From Chiloscyllium plagiosum (taxonomy: Eukaryota), in the NCBI RefSeq assembly GCF_004010195.1, contig NC_057753.1:3804993-3868992 (forward strand): a stretch of 64,000 bases of DNA, in the 5' to 3' direction. The translations under genes were made by a program, and so were the position numbers. The stretch's first letter is position 1; each line of letters starts with the position of its first letter. Shown one piece after another: positions 12,600 to 25,610 of this stretch. The notes under the pieces are model-generated. The model ran no database searches and was not told the DNA's origin. It was given only the letters and a program-made list of their open reading frames with translations.

Positions 12600-13150
12600 A
12601 GAGAGCAAACGCTGGGAACAATCAATCAGTTGGGGCTGTCACGTCACAAACGCTGGGAACAATCAGCTGGAGTGGTGTGTCACGTCACAAAGGAATCCGC
12701 GTACAGTGACGGGAGGGCTCTGGACCAATAGTAAACGGGTGGGCGGGTCTGGAGGACCGTGCGGGCCGCACTGGTCCTCCAACCAATCGGGTTGAACGGG
12801 GGGGGGGCGGGGAAACACGTCATTGTCCCCCCGCGGCGTGTGTGCGGTCCGGTTTTGTGGATGGTACGGCAGTGCTCATACCGAGGCGGGAATTAACAGC
12901 GGAGAGCGGTAGACAGGATACGAGTGCAGATTGGAAGGTTTCAGAAACGCCCGGTGCAGGCCGCCCGAGAAGCGACGGCCTTCTCGGTCCCGGGTTTCGC
13001 TGCCAACGGGAAAATGGCTGCGGGCCTCAGGCTGTCAGAGGGACCGCGTTCGCCCTGCCATCTTTGTAAGGGGCAATGTTCCCAGTGAGGCCTGTGCCGC
13101 CGCCATCTTTGTAAGGGGCACGGGTCATTTTAGGCGCATGCGCGGTGTTC
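12600..13150 (+). promoter_or_regulatory. CpG-island promoter, probably of the ZNF gene
   Basis: This is the only CpG-rich stretch in the window. It has CCAAT boxes (~12725, ~12783), GC boxes (gggcggg), CRE-like tcacgtca twice, YY1-type aaaatggc and gccatcttt, and NRF1-type gcgcatgcgc (13134-13143). Confidence 0.78.
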
Positions 13151-13279
13151 CCTTTGATGAGTGGTTTCACACGCGCCAACTCAAATCCAGGGAAATGTTT
13201 GGTTCTTCTATCTGGATTTCTATCATGGAATGGCAGTGTTGGATATTATTTTTTATTCTTTTGCAAACTGTTTTTACAG

Positions 13280-13408
13280 GATGCGAAGGATTTGCAAGAC
13301 CGGCTCTTCAGAAACAAACACTATACCAAGATCTGGCAGAGTCACTCCATTTGTCAAGATGTAGATAGAGAGCCAGCTGCTGCTGCTGCCAAGTCTGGAA
13401 AGATTAAG
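13280..13408 (+). other. Candidate non-coding 5' exon of the ZNF gene
   Basis: Acceptor tttttacag, donor aag|gtttgt. The exon start resembles the ZNF coding-exon start (aggatttgca). Confidence 0.5.
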
Positions 13409-13493
13409 GTTTGTCTGTGCAGTATTTTGTGTTACCGAGCCAAGAGGTTGTCTAGATGCAAGGGCGGAATGGTGGCCGTAAAAGGGACATGAT

Positions 13494-13674
13494 TTGGAGA
13501 TGCCGGTGTTGGACTGGGGTGTCCAAAGTTAAAAATCACACAACACCAGGTTATAGTCCAACAGGTTTAATTGTGTACTCCACCACCACCTGATGAAGGA
13601 GCGGCGCTCCGAAAGCTAGTGCTTCCAAATAAACCTGTTGGACTATAACCTGGTGTTATGTGATTTTTAACTTT
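13494..13674. mobile_element. Family B fold-back hammerhead/pLTR mini-element
   Basis: Inverted arms. 16-bp TSD gtaaaagggacatgat at 13478-13493 and 13675-13690. Confidence 0.9.
13587..13621 (+). ncRNA. Minimal hammerhead ribozyme motif (family B)
   Basis: CAC-CUGAUGA-A-GGAGC(ggc)GCUCC-GAAA-GCUA-GUG. Confidence 0.82.
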
Positions 13675-14086
13675 GTAAAAGGGACATGATGGGAACGAGG
13701 AGGGCGCATACACCAGCGTTCCGGGTGATCCCACGTACAAAGAAGCAGAATGTGAGAGGCGAATAAGGTGTCAGTATTGTCCTGTCTATAGTTAACAGAG
13801 GAATGGATGACACTTTCAGAAACAGTTAAACCAAGGTGCCAAAGTGGTATTATCACTGGACTAGCAACCCAGAGATAATTTTAATGTTCTGGGGAGCCAG
13901 GTTCAAGAGTGGAATTTGAGATTTTAAAAAAACACTGTGAATGATGATCATTTGGAGAAAAAAAAAATCTGGTCCACTAATCTCCTTTCAGCATGAGGAG
14001 AAACAAACCTGGGCTCATGGCATTGATCGAAGCTCCCATGAAGTCTCATGACATCAGGTAAGATGGGCAAGCATATTACCTGTTGA

Positions 14087-14262
14087 GGAGAAAGTGAGGT
14101 CTGCAGATGCTGGAGATCAGAGCTGAAAATGTGTTGCTGGAACAGCGCAGCAGGTCAGGCAGCATCCAGGGAACAGGAGAATCGACGTTTTGGGCATAAG
14201 CCCTTCTTCAGGAAACCTGAAGAAGGGCTAATGCCCTAAACGTCGATTCTCCTGTTCCCTGG
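14087..14262. mobile_element. Family A fold-back mini-element (CUGAAGA variant)
   Basis: Centre cttcttcagg-aaa-cctgaagaag. 14-bp TSD atattacctgttga at 14073-14086 and 14263-14276. Confidence 0.9.
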
Positions 14263-14631
14263 ATATTACCTGTTGATCATACCAGGACACACTTTGTCCA
14301 CTACCTAAGCTGATAAATCATATTCTTCCATGTCAAATGCTTGGATGGAGTACTGAGGATGCCAAGAGAACAAGACATACTTCAGGTGAGAGTTAAATTG
14401 ATGATCTTCTTGACCATGATAAAAGCACGTTTGGTCCACTGACATCCTTCAGGGAAGGAAAACTGACATTCTTATCCTGTCTGACCTAAATGTGACACCA
14501 CGTTCCCACCATGTGCATGACTCTTAACTGCCCTCTGAATCCATCAAAAAGTGTCAACACAATTAAACTGTGTGGATGGCCTGTATTGTGTAAGCTACTG
14601 GAATCTATGACGGCAAACACAGTCCTGTCTT

Positions 14632-14962
14632 AGGGCAGCACTGTGGCTCCGTGGTTGGCACTGCTGCCTCACAGCGCCAGGGTCCTGGGTTTGATTCCAC
14701 ACTTGGGCCACTCCTGTGTGGAGTTTGCACATTCTCCCCGTGTCTGCATGGGTTTCCTCTGGGTGCTCTAGGTTCCTCCCACAGTCCAAAGATGTGCAGG
14801 TCAGGTGAATTGGCCATGCTAAATTGCCCGTAGTGTTAGGGGCGGGGGTAAATGTGGGGGAATGGGTCTGGGTGGGTTGCGCTTCGGCGGGTTGGTGCGG
14901 ACTTGTTGGGCCAAAGGGCCTGTTTCCACACTAAGTAATCTAATCTAAAGTAATCTAATCTA
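14632..14962 (+). mobile_element. HE1-type SINE
   Basis: tRNA-like head, conserved body and (taatc)n tail. Confidence 0.88.
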
Positions 14963-14964
14963 AA

Positions 14965-16260
14965 ACTGTAATGGGCCCAGCACCGTCCCCTAAGTTACTC
15001 CACTCGTCACAGGCCTCCAGTCCAACAAGCATCCTTCCACTTTTACCCTCTGTTTCCTATCATCAAGAGAATTATGTATGCAATTTGCCTAGATTCCTTG
15101 TGATCTAACCTTACAGAACAGCCTACCATGTGGAACCTTATCAAAGGCCATACTGAAGTCCCTATAAACTATGTCTGTTGCCCTACCATCGTCAACCTTC
15201 CTGGTCACTTCATCAAAGAACTCTAACAAGTTTGTGAGTCTTGATCTCCCTCTCACAAAGCTATGCTGACTATCCTAATCAAGCCCAGTCTTTCCAAATG
15301 CATGTATATGTTATTCCTCAGAATCTTCTCGAGTAACTTGCCTACCCCAGATGTTAGGCTTGCAGGTCTATAGTTCCCAGATTTTTCTTTGCAGCCTGCC
15401 TTGTATAAGGGCACAACATTCACTACCCTCCAGTCTTCCAGGACCTCACCCGTAGCTAACGATGATGCAAGAATATCATTCAGGGCCCCTGCAATTTCTT
15501 CTCTCATCTCTTGCAGTGTTTTTGGCAATATCTGGTCAGCACCTGGAGATTTATCTACCTTCACACATTCTAATACATCCAACACCACCTCTACTGTGAT
15601 ATGGACTGTCCCCAAGATATGGCCACTAACTTTCCTAAGTTCCCAAGACTTCATGTCTTTCTCCACAGTAAACACAGAGGAGAAATATATTGGGAACCTT
15701 GCCCGTCACCTGCAGTTCTACATATCCACTTTGGTCCTTGAGGGGCTCTCTTCTCTCTCTAGCTATTCTTTTACCTTTAATACACTTAAAGAACGTCTTT
15801 GGATTCACCCTAATGTTTTCAGTCAAGGCTATCTTGAGCCCCCTTTTCGCCCTCCTGGTTTCCTTCTTCAGTATACTCCTGTGTCCCCGATGTACCTCCA
15901 GCGATTCCCTTGATCCCGGCTACCTGTACCTGAGTCATACCTTCTTATTTCTGGTCAATGCCTCAATATCTCTTGTCATCCAGGGTTTCCTATTCCTACC
16001 AACCTTCCCTATAACCTTCACGGGAAGATATAGACCTTGAACTTTGGCTATCTCACTTTTAAAGGCCTCCCATTTGCCAGAGGCCCCTTTGCCTGCAAAC
16101 AAACTACTCCCATCAACCCCTGCAAGCTCCAGTCTAATTCCATCAAAATTGACCTTGCCCAAGTTTAGAACGTGAACCTGTGGACCAGTTTTGTCCGCAC
16201 CTGTAACTATTTTAAAATTAATAGATCTCTGGTCAATGGTCTGAAAGTGCTCCCTCAGTC
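14965..16260 (-). mobile_element. CR1 LINE ORF2 fragment
   Basis: KVDKSPGADQI...WRVVNVVPLYK...NYRPASLTSGVGKLLEKI and NPKTFFKCIKGKR. Confidence 0.88.
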
Positions 16261-16539
16261 TTGACTTGTTGGGCTAATGGCCTGCTTCCACACTGCATAG
16301 ATTCTATGATTCCATGAACTTGTAAGTTTCTGTCTGGTTAATGCCAATGCTGGGACCAGCTGTCTCAAAGACTAGCCAAACAACAGCCTGACACACACTG
16401 TCAGAATCATACCTCACACACAGTGCCCCAGATATCAAAACTGTCCTTGAGAATGTGCTGTCAGATAAGCAGGTGCAATGACACACTGGTGTAAAGATGG
16501 GTGGAAGGTCCAGATACCATGAAGTCTCTATCATCACAG

Positions 16540-16880
16540 AGCCATAGAATCCCTACAGCATGGAACCAGGCCAACTGGCCCAACGAGTCCACACCCACCC
16601 TCCGAAGAGTAGCCCAGCCAGACCCATTCCCCAACTGTTCGACATTACCCCTGACTACTGCACGTAATCTACACATTCCTGAACACTATGGACATTTAGC
16701 ACGGCCAACTCGCCCTAACCTGCACATCTTTGGACTGTGGGAGGAAACCGGAGCACCCAGAGAAAACCCACGCAGACACAGGGAGAATGTGCAAACTCCA
16801 CACAGACAGTCGCCCCGCGGCTGGAATCAAACCTGGTACCCTGGCACTGTGAGGCCGCAGTGCCAACCACTGAGCCCCCC
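16540..16880 (-). mobile_element. HE1-type SINE
   Basis: Reverse complement of the SINE at 12222. Confidence 0.85.
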
Positions 16881-18383
16881 CCTGTCCTCGTGCTAGTTTG
16901 AGGTCTCACATAGCCAAGGAACCTCTCGCTGTCTCTCTCAATTTGGAGAATGGCCAGCATATCCTCAAAGTGTGGGATGGCAACACCACTACTGGCCACA
17001 TTGGTTGAGTCCTAAAGGACATTGCCGTTAGACAGGGTGTGCAGCAGGTAGTGAAGGAACTAATGAGAGAGGCAAACATATCTTACCTCATCTTCACCAA
17101 TCTTTCTGTCACAGGTACATCTATCCATGACAGTATTGGTTGAGAGTGACCACTGCACAGTTCTTTGACACATTCCCTACTCTATCGTTACCATAAAGTC
17201 AGGGGACTAACCCCGATCTAATGAAGAGTTCAGGACATCATGCCAGGCTCAGCATTGAGCACACCTAAAGAAGAGGTTTTAACCTGGTAAAGGAATGCAA
17301 GTAGACCATTTGTGTACCAAACAGCAAAAGCAGCAAGTGATAGATAAATCTAAGCAATCCCACAGTTAGGAGATCACATCTCGTCATGAATGTTGGGGGA
17401 CAATTAAATCACTCATTGGAGAAGGTGGCTGTGTAAATATTCCCATACTCAAGGATGAGGATGCCAGCACGTCTGTGCTGAAGCGCTCAGAGAACACTGT
17501 TTTGGATGACCCCAGCTTCACAGGGAGGTTGAATGTGGGAGGTCAGTCAGTCGTGCATTAAGATACTTGAGTCTCGCGGTAACCGAGGAATGGGTGAGAG
17601 TTCCAGCTGCAGATGTTTGCAAAACTAGAGTGGAGGTGGGTCACGTGACTGAGATGAAAACAGGCAGTTTTGGTGCTGATGGGTGTACGTTGTTGTCAGC
17701 TCATCTCAGTGTGAAATACTTGATTACAGTTGTGAACAGCCTGTTTCAGATTCGCACAGTCACCAGGCAGAGGGATGGAGTCGGTGGTTAGGAATTTTTC
17801 CCAGAGTTTAATTGGAGGAAATCCCTGCTCATCCTGCGCCGGATGTCACACAAATCAGGGCAGCGGGTAACTTGGAGGGGGTTTTGGGGGTGTTGGTGTT
17901 TCACATAGACCTTCTACCCAAGACATTCGGGCTGGTGAAGGCTGAAAGTTTGAGAGATTCTGTCAGACTCCTGGTTGAGTTGTGCACTTATTCAATCCCT
18001 CTGCTTCACCTCTTTCTCGTTGTTCCTATTTTCTCTGTGTCTTCACTCCCATAGAGGCCAGAATCCTGCGCAGGTCCAGGCCAGGTGACAGATTCCACTC
18101 TCTGATCGACAGGAGTGAACCACTTGGGTTTTATGACAGCCCAGCAGCCTTTGTTCACTTTTTGATCGTGTATCATGAATCCAACAGATTAGCAAATTCG
18201 TTTAACTCTCGCAACCAACTTGTGGGTTTTTTTTAATGGGCACCGTCTAACTCCCCTTGTTAAATCAATTTTACAGGGAGTTAGAAGGGCAGGATTTGCA
18301 GATGGGAAACTGACACCAACCACCGCCACCAGGATTTGATGTCGTTCCCTGAATCGTGACCCGAATATAGTCAGATTTGGAAC

Positions 18384-18908
18384 ATGGAAGGAGAGAGCGC
18401 CACTCACGGTGGTGACAAGCCATACCCATTTTCGCAGCGTTTCAGTGATTCGTCTGGACTGACCCAACACAAGCGTAGTCACACCAAGGAGAAACCATGG
18501 AAGTGTGGGGATTGTGGGAAGGGCTTCAGATCCCCATCTGAGCTGGAAACCCATCGGCGCATTCACAGTTCGGAGAGACCGTTCACCTGCCCTGACTGTG
18601 GGAAGGGTTTCACTCGGTTAACGTCAGTGCTGACACACAAGCTGGTTCACACCGACGAGAGACCTTTTAAGTGTCCAGAGTGCGGGAAGTGCTTCAAAAG
18701 TTCCGGACAACTGCTGAGCCATCAACGTGTTCACACTGATGAGAGACCGTTCCGATGTTCTCACTGTGGGACTGGTTTTAGGCGATCGTCTAACCTCAGT
18801 ATACACCAGCGAATTCACACTGGGGAGAGGCCATTCATCTGCTCCGAATGTGGGAAGAGGTTCACTCGGTTGTCTCACCTACTGACACACAAGGGAGTTC
18901 ACAAGTAA
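18384..18908 (+). CDS. C2H2 zinc-finger protein, 174 aa (5 complete fingers plus 1 degenerate, no KRAB/SCAN)
   Basis: Five CxxC-x12-HxxxH units with TGERPF/TDERPF-type linkers. Acceptor ttttacag at 18275-18276, in-frame stops upstream of the ATG, and stop TAA after VHK. Confidence 0.9.
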   Translation: MEGESATHGGDKPYPFSQRFSDSSGLTQHKRSHTKEKPWKCGDCGKGFRSPSELETHRRIHSSERPFTCPDCGKGFTRLTSVLTHKLVHTDERPFKCPECGKCFKSSGQLLSHQRVHTDERPFRCSHCGTGFRRSSNLSIHQRIHTGERPFICSECGKRFTRLSHLLTHKGVHK

Positions 18909-19450
18909 CTGCTCACTGTTGGGATTTTGCTTCTAATTGTAACCAGCACTGAACTCATCTATTGGAATCTGAATCCACTGATGATATTAACTCCAGATCT
19001 CGTCGATTTGATTTTCTTTTTTTGCTTAGTATTAGCAATGAGCTTTGTGTTCAAGACGCAGTGTGTTTGTTCTTCGTAATATCTCGAATACGAGTTTGTT
19101 CCTTTTGCACACCTCTCCTTTTCCCCTGTCTCTTCCATCCTCAACAATTGCAAGGGGTTTATGGAGCTTCATTGAAACAACCTGTCCAGCTGCCTCTGCT
19201 GTTTCCCTGTCTTCCCTTGAGCTGAGCTGTCCCTAAATCTGCCCTTGTTGGTACCCGCTACTTGCATCTTTCTCTGGTTTCCCTCCTACATGCTGTCATA
19301 CACTGTGTGTGATTGGCGATCTTTATTGGTTGTCAGTCTTTGAAGGGAGCCCACCATTCAAACATTGTTTTTCCCACCGACCTCTCACTCTCGTCAATCC
19401 TGCCCAACTCTGTCCTTGCCCCTGTTGAAGACAGCTCTCCTCAATTGAAA

Positions 19451-19627
19451 ATCACCAGAGCACCAAGTTATAGTCCAACAGGTTTAATTGGAAGCACTAG
19501 CTTTCGGAGCGCTGCTCCTTCATCCGAAAGCAAGTGCTTCCAATTAAACCTGTTGGACTATAACCTGATGTTGTGTGATTTTTAACTTTGTACACCCCAG
19601 TCCAACACCGGCATCTCCAAACCATGA
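19451..19627. mobile_element. Family B fold-back mini-element
   Basis: Arms meet inside the hammerhead (ccttcat|ccgaaagc). 14-bp TSD ctcctcaattgaaa at 19437-19450 and 19628-19641. Confidence 0.9.
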
Positions 19628-21014
19628 CTCCTCAATTGAAATTTCTAACTCTGGATTGATGCTAGTGATTCTGCTGCATCATCCTGCACCCATACGATCC
19701 ACTGTCTCTTAAATGCTCTGCACTGACACCTTATCCACTTGGCCCATGATGTAGAGAAAAATTACTCCAGAATCAGATTTAGCAGCAAGTCAAAGCAGAG
19801 TTTACTAAACAAAAGCTTTTGAGAGCAGCGAGGTCACCCGAAGCGCAGGGTTTCGACCAAACAGTCTCCCCAGTTGAAGAGATCCACAGGCCTTTGTACC
19901 CTTAACCACAGCAAAAAGCACAGTTTCAATCACGTAAACTGTTCTTCAGACAGAACATCCCATGCGTATCATCCCCGCACAGGTTTCCGCCTGCTGAGAC
20001 TGCAGCCACTGGCGATTTTGGGTTTGTGGTTTTGCTCGGTAATAGTCATACTTCCTGTTTATCCAGCTTGCTCCTGCAGCAGTCAGCACTTTAGCAAGAT
20101 TGAGCACAAATTGCACAAAAGTGTGTCAACCGTCCCAGCATGCTTTACAAATGTAGTCAGCAATCCCAGAATGCTCTACTTCAGTCCCCCCCCCCACCTT
20201 ATGATCAGAGGCCATGGTCAACCAGGGATTGCAGGTGTGACAGTGCATTTTTATTTGTTCAATGGATGCAGACTTATATAGGAAGTTCCCCTGCATGCAA
20301 TCCAGGATAACGTGTTCCTCGCTGTCCCATACACTACCAATATTCAATCTATATTGGATAACTCTCATTATAACTACACTTTTTCATTTGCATCTTTATG
20401 TAATTTCCCTGCAGTTATGTTCCCCTGAATTCTTTTCTTTTTATAAACTTGCTCAGCAACGTTATTGTATCTGTTTTGTTCCTTGGGTCGAGCCAGATCA
20501 ATTTTGTTCTTGAACCTTTGAGATATCCTTGTTTCCCAGATAGTTGATGCTCTCCTCAACGAATAGTGCTACCCTCTTCCTTTTCTATCTTTTCTAAAAA
20601 ATACTTGTGCCCAGAAATAATTAACACTCAGTCTCTCCTTTCCTTGAGACAGCTGTCTGTTAGTGCAGCAATAGAACCAATGACTCTCTTTTTTTCAATC
20701 CTTCAAAAATATGTGCAAGTAAAACTTAATTGATTTGTCAATTCTCTGGCTTTTATCTCATTGCATTGCTATAGTTTCTGATATACATACTTCTTTGTTC
20801 TTAGTACCTAAAATTTAACGAATTTAGTTAAATGTACAACTGAAAATTTTCAAATTACGGAGTAGCCCTTTTTTGGTCTTTAACTGAACCTTTAAAAATA
20901 ACTATTATAAAATAACTTAAGTATTCTGGTGCAGAAAATTGCCATTCTCCTTTTTTTTCTAGTAATCTGGTACATTTAAATAAAATTAAATGTACTCATC
21001 CAATGCCCCTCATA

Positions 21015-21345
21015 GGTTCCCTACAGTGTGGAAACAGGCCCTTTGGCCCAATAATCCACACCGACCCTCTGAAGAGTAACCCACCCAGCCCCATTTCACT
21101 ACCCTACATTTACCCCTGACTAATGCACCTAATCTACACATCCCTGAACACAATTTAGCAGTCAATTCATCCTAACCTGTGCATCTTTGGACTGGGAGGA
21201 AACCCACACAGACATAGTGGGGGGTTGGGGGGGGGAGGGGAGAGAATGTGCAAACTCCACACAGACAGTTGCCCGAGAGTGGAATCGAACCGGGGTCCTT
21301 ATGCTGTGAGGCAGCAGTGCTGACCACTGAGCCACTAAGTGGCCT
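21015..21345 (-). mobile_element. HE1-type SINE
   Basis: Reverse-complement match to the other copies. Confidence 0.85.
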
Positions 21346-22374
21346 CTCACAGACCAAAATCTAGATCATTAATAAAATTTTTTTTTAAAAAGCCAAGGGA
21401 TCCACTACTGAACCCTCTGAAAATCCATTTCAAACCTTCCTCCAACCTGAAAAATTTCCAATGACCCATTACTCTGTTTCCTATCCCTCAACCAACTTTA
21501 TATCCACACCACGTTTCTCTCAAGTCTGCTGTGTGACACTGTATGAAATCTCTTCTGACAGAAAGAAAAACCTCCAGCAAGTTAATGACTTGCCCTTTGT
21601 AAATACATGCCACCTCTTCCTCACCTACTCACGTTTCTGCATGTGACTACTAATTCTAACCCTAATAGTTGTTTCTCGAAGGTTCCCCACGGCTAGTATT
21701 AAACTGACAACTCTAAAATTGCTGGGCTAGTTATTAAACCAAGGAGAAGCTGTTTGCAATTCTGCAGTCTTGGGTGACCAAGGAAGACTGAAAGGTTGGG
21801 CCCGTCTCACTGCAATTTCTTTCAGTGCTGTTCCCTTGGATGTGTCTTATCTGGATGCAATGCTTTGTCGAACCGAAATGTCTGCACTCTAGTCAATATC
21901 TCTTCCTCGTCAATTTTCAGTCGTTCTACTGAGTCAGTTTCGTTCTCTGTCACCATGACCTGGGAAATATCTTCACACTAACATTTCACACGAAGCGGGA
22001 GGTGCTTACTGGATCATTATGTCAAGCTCAAATGGTCATCAATGTAGATGTCGTGGAGAAAATGTAGAGAATCAGCAGGAGACGTGGAAAGTTCTTCAAG
22101 AAGTAGGTCTTTTATTTGCAAATAAAAAAAAACGGTGACACTCCAGAAAGCGAATTCTGGAATGCCGCAGAGCCTCAGGGTCCATGGCTCTTTATACCTT
22201 TTTGTTATCATGTTTTTGTTAGCATATCAGCATGCCCACCTGTGTTAGTCAGAATTACCTCACTCCAGATTTACAATAAACCAATGATGTTAGTTCCCAT
22301 TATCTTGCTACTTCTGCGACTTTAGTTTTTCCTACATTCTACTTAATATTATTCTAATGTCGCAATTAGATATT

Positions 22375-22658
22375 TTAGAACATAGAACAATACAGCACAG
22401 AACAGGCCCTTCGGCCCACGATGTTGTGCCGAACTTCTAACCTAGATTAAGTACCCATCCATGTACCTATCCAAATGCCGCTTAAAGGTCGCCAATGATT
22501 CCGACTCTACCACACCCACGGGCAGCGCATTCCATGCCCCCACCACTCTCTGGGTAAAGAACCCACCCCTGACATCTCCCCTATACATTCCACCCTTCAC
22601 CTTAAATTTATGTCCCCTTGTAACACTCTGTTGTACCCGGGGAAAAAGTTTCTGACTG
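22375..22658 (-). mobile_element. CR1 LINE 3' end (well preserved)
   Basis: TRGHKFKV...FFTQRVVGAWNALP...FKRHLDRYM followed by the CR1 tail. Confidence 0.85.
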
Positions 22659-23462
22659 ATTTTACTACCAACTGTGCAACAATTGTCTTCCATCCCAGAC
22701 CCTACTCCATATTATTTTAATGTCATAATTAGATATTTATTGTCATGACCTGTCCCAACCTGCCATGATGATATTAAGCAGGTGAGGCTGACTTTACGAG
22801 TTGCTATCTCATCCCGCTATAGTGACCTTTCAGCCCCAACCTTACTTTGCCAATTGGTGCACGAGTATTCTCCTATTCTTATCCCATCCTGCCACAGTGA
22901 CCTTTTGACTAGTGTAGCATTCCACAGACCCCTTGTAACAGATCGCCAGTGGTCTTCATGCCTTAACCTTTCCCATGCTTTCATGCTCTTTATTTTCCAT
23001 GCTGTGTCCTCCATAACCCTTTGAAGATTGCGCAAAACTGGGGGAAAGTTCAGAACAGCAGAGTTTCATAGAACATAGAAAAGTACAGCTCAGAACAGGC
23101 CCTTTGGCCCATGACGTTGTGCAGAGGTTTCACCCAGAGTTCGGCTGCAGGGTCACAGCGGCCATCTTTATTTGGGGACAATATTTGAGAGAAGCTTGGA
23201 GACAACTTGTCAATCACGTTACATTCGCCTTTCACAAACAATGTCTTGTTGATGAGGCAAATGCTGCTCTGTGGATCGCATTACATTGTGGGATGTCATC
23301 CCACGTGTCCGAAGATCTGTGGTTCTACCTAGAACAGAAACTCATGGCCATGAGTTGACATCATCCTCAAACTGAAGGACTGTTGACCACGGTGAGGCAC
23401 AATGTGATATGGAGAACAATGAGGGAATGTTGTGAATTTCAATCCTGAGCCAACAGTGTAAA

Positions 23463-24000
23463 CATAGAGTCATAGAGATGTACAGCATGGAAACAAATCC
23501 TTTGGTTCAACTCATCCAGGCTGACCAGATATATTAAGTTAACCTACTCCTTGGTCCATATCCCTCTAAACCCTTCCTATTCATGTACCCATCCAGATAG
23601 TTTTTAATTATTGTAATTATACCAGCCTCCACCACCTCCTCTGGCATCCCAAACACACTCTGCATGAAAATGTCGCTCCTTAGGTCCCTTTTAAATCTTT
23701 CCCCTCTCACCCTAAACCTATGCCTGCTCGTTCTGGACTCCCCTCGCCCCAGGGAAAAGACCTTGTCTATTTACCCTATCCATGCCCCTTATGATTTAAT
23801 AAGCCTCCTTAAGGTCACCCCTCAGCCTCCGGTGCTCCAGGGCAAACAGCCCCAGCCTATTCAGCCTCTCCCTGTAGCTCAAACTCTCCATCCCTGGCAA
23901 CATCCTTGTAAATCTTTTCTGAACATTTCCAATGTTCACAACATTCTTTCCGCTAGGAGGGAGACCAGAATTGCATGCAACATTTCAACAAGTGGTGTGA
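23463..24000 (-). mobile_element. CR1 LINE 3' fragment
   Basis: Reverse complement of the CR1 end at 42000-42570. Confidence 0.8.
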
Positions 24001-24905
24001 CCAATTCTTTAACAGAATGTTAGAAAAGAATAGGGAGTGGGTATGGGTTTGGGTCTAGTTCTGGGTGTGGATGTTCTTCGGAGGGTCATTGTGGACCCGC
24101 TCAGCCGAATGGCCTGCTTCCACACTGCGGCCATTCTATAAAAGAACACACTGAAGGAAAACACAAACCAAACATTGTTAGGAACGTAGAACAAAGAAAT
24201 TATATTGATCAAAGGTGAAACAAATCAGAGCTCTACTTGTTGGAATTGAGAAGAATGAGATGTGCTGTCATTGAAACATAGTGGATTCTTGCAGAGCTCA
24301 AAAGGTTAACGTGGTGAGAGGATGTTTCCCCTCATGGGAGAGTCTAGGACCAGAGAGTATCGTCTCCAAATAAAGTGGTGCCAATGCAAGACTGAGACGA
24401 GGAGGAATTTATTCTCAACAGGTTGAGTGTCTTTGGAACTTGTTGCCGCAGAGAGCTGTAGGGGCAGAGTCCTTGAGGCCGGGATGGAGAGAGTTTTGAT
24501 CAGGAGGGAAATTGAATATTATCAGGGAAAGTGGGTTGTTGATCCTATTGAATGGGGGAGCAGGTTCAACAGACCAAACATCTTACTGTTGCTCTCCTTT
24601 CTATGGTCTTACGGGAAGCAGTGAGGTTATTTCAGAGGTGAATGTTTTTGTCCATGCATTTAAATTGTGTGTTTTTCATACTATGCCCCATTCATTTTGA
24701 CATGTCTCATGGCTCCTTCTTAATCCATGCCCAGTATTTGGTTTCATTTCTGCCCTTGCTGATCACCTCTCTGCCATTGTTTGACTTCCTCTTTCTCAAA
24801 TAATCGGTACATTTTAGCTCGTGTTTAGTACTTTGCTTCTGTTGCTGCCAAGTGTGTCTAAATGAGGTTTCCACCACTGTCCATGTCCTGACAATGTGCT
24901 GCTGA

Positions 24906-25015
24906 CTTCCTGATGAAGGGCTCATGCCCGAAACGTCCTGCTCTTCAGATGCTGTGCTTTTCCAGCACTGCGCTCTTGACTCTGATCTTCAGCATCTGCA
25001 GTCCTCACTTTCTCC
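24906..25015 (+). mobile_element. Family A pLTR mini-insertion with intact hammerhead core
   Basis: CTGATGA-A-GGGC(tcat)GCCC-GAAA-CGTC at 24910-24937, ending cagtcctcactttctcc. Confidence 0.82.
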
Positions 25016-25299
25016 CTGCTGATGTACCAGCTGTATCTTCCCACAACACCTTTCACAGTCAGGTATTCTTTATCCTGTGCTCAGGTCCATTTCTCTTCCC
25101 CTTCTCAATTTATATTGAACGTCACATTCTGCACCATATTAGCGTGTTCAAAGTTATTTTCCAGTAGTGTTACAGAAGAACTTTTAGCCAGTTGCATAGG
25201 AGATATTCAGCGAGATGAACACTGGTTATTCAGAGAATTTAGGATGCATTATAAAGGAGATAATACCTGGAGAGGTTCAAGGAGGAAATGGGGAGACAA

Positions 25300-25610
25300 T
25301 GACCTGGCGGTATTATTGGTGGACTGTTAATCCAGAGACCAGGGTCATGTTCTGGAGACCAGGGTCCAAATCCTGCAATGGCAGGTGGGGGAATTTGCAT
25401 TCAATAAAAATCTGGAAATAGTAGGATAATGATTACCTTGAATCCATTGTTTTTTTTTTGGAAAAATCCATCTGGTTCACTAATATCCTTTAGAGAAGGA
25501 AATCTTGCCACCCTTATCTGGTCTAGACTACGTATGACTCTGGAACTGAAGCCACGTTGTTGACTGTTAACTGCCCTTGGGTAATAAATGATGCCGATAT
25601 CCTGTGAATG
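25300..25610 (+). mobile_element. Second SINE family (tRNA-like head)
   Basis: ggactgttaatccagag...gggtccaaatcc...ctggttcactaatatcctttag. Related pieces at ~13845-13990 and ~14430-14540. Confidence 0.6.

Noticed and set aside
12842..13492. Overlapping ORFs across the CpG island
   Set aside because: GC-rich stop-poor sequence with no domain, better explained as promoter and 5' UTR.
14087..14262. Interpreting the palindromic units as DNA-transposon MITEs
   Set aside because: The arms are unequal, TSD lengths vary (8-16 bp), single-arm copies exist, and the same sequence terminates GIY-YIG PLE fragments.
19750..22700. Two further LTR-like blocks (starting ~19750 and ~22049)
   Set aside because: Both have TG starts and LTR-like composition, but I could not fix right ends or TSDs.
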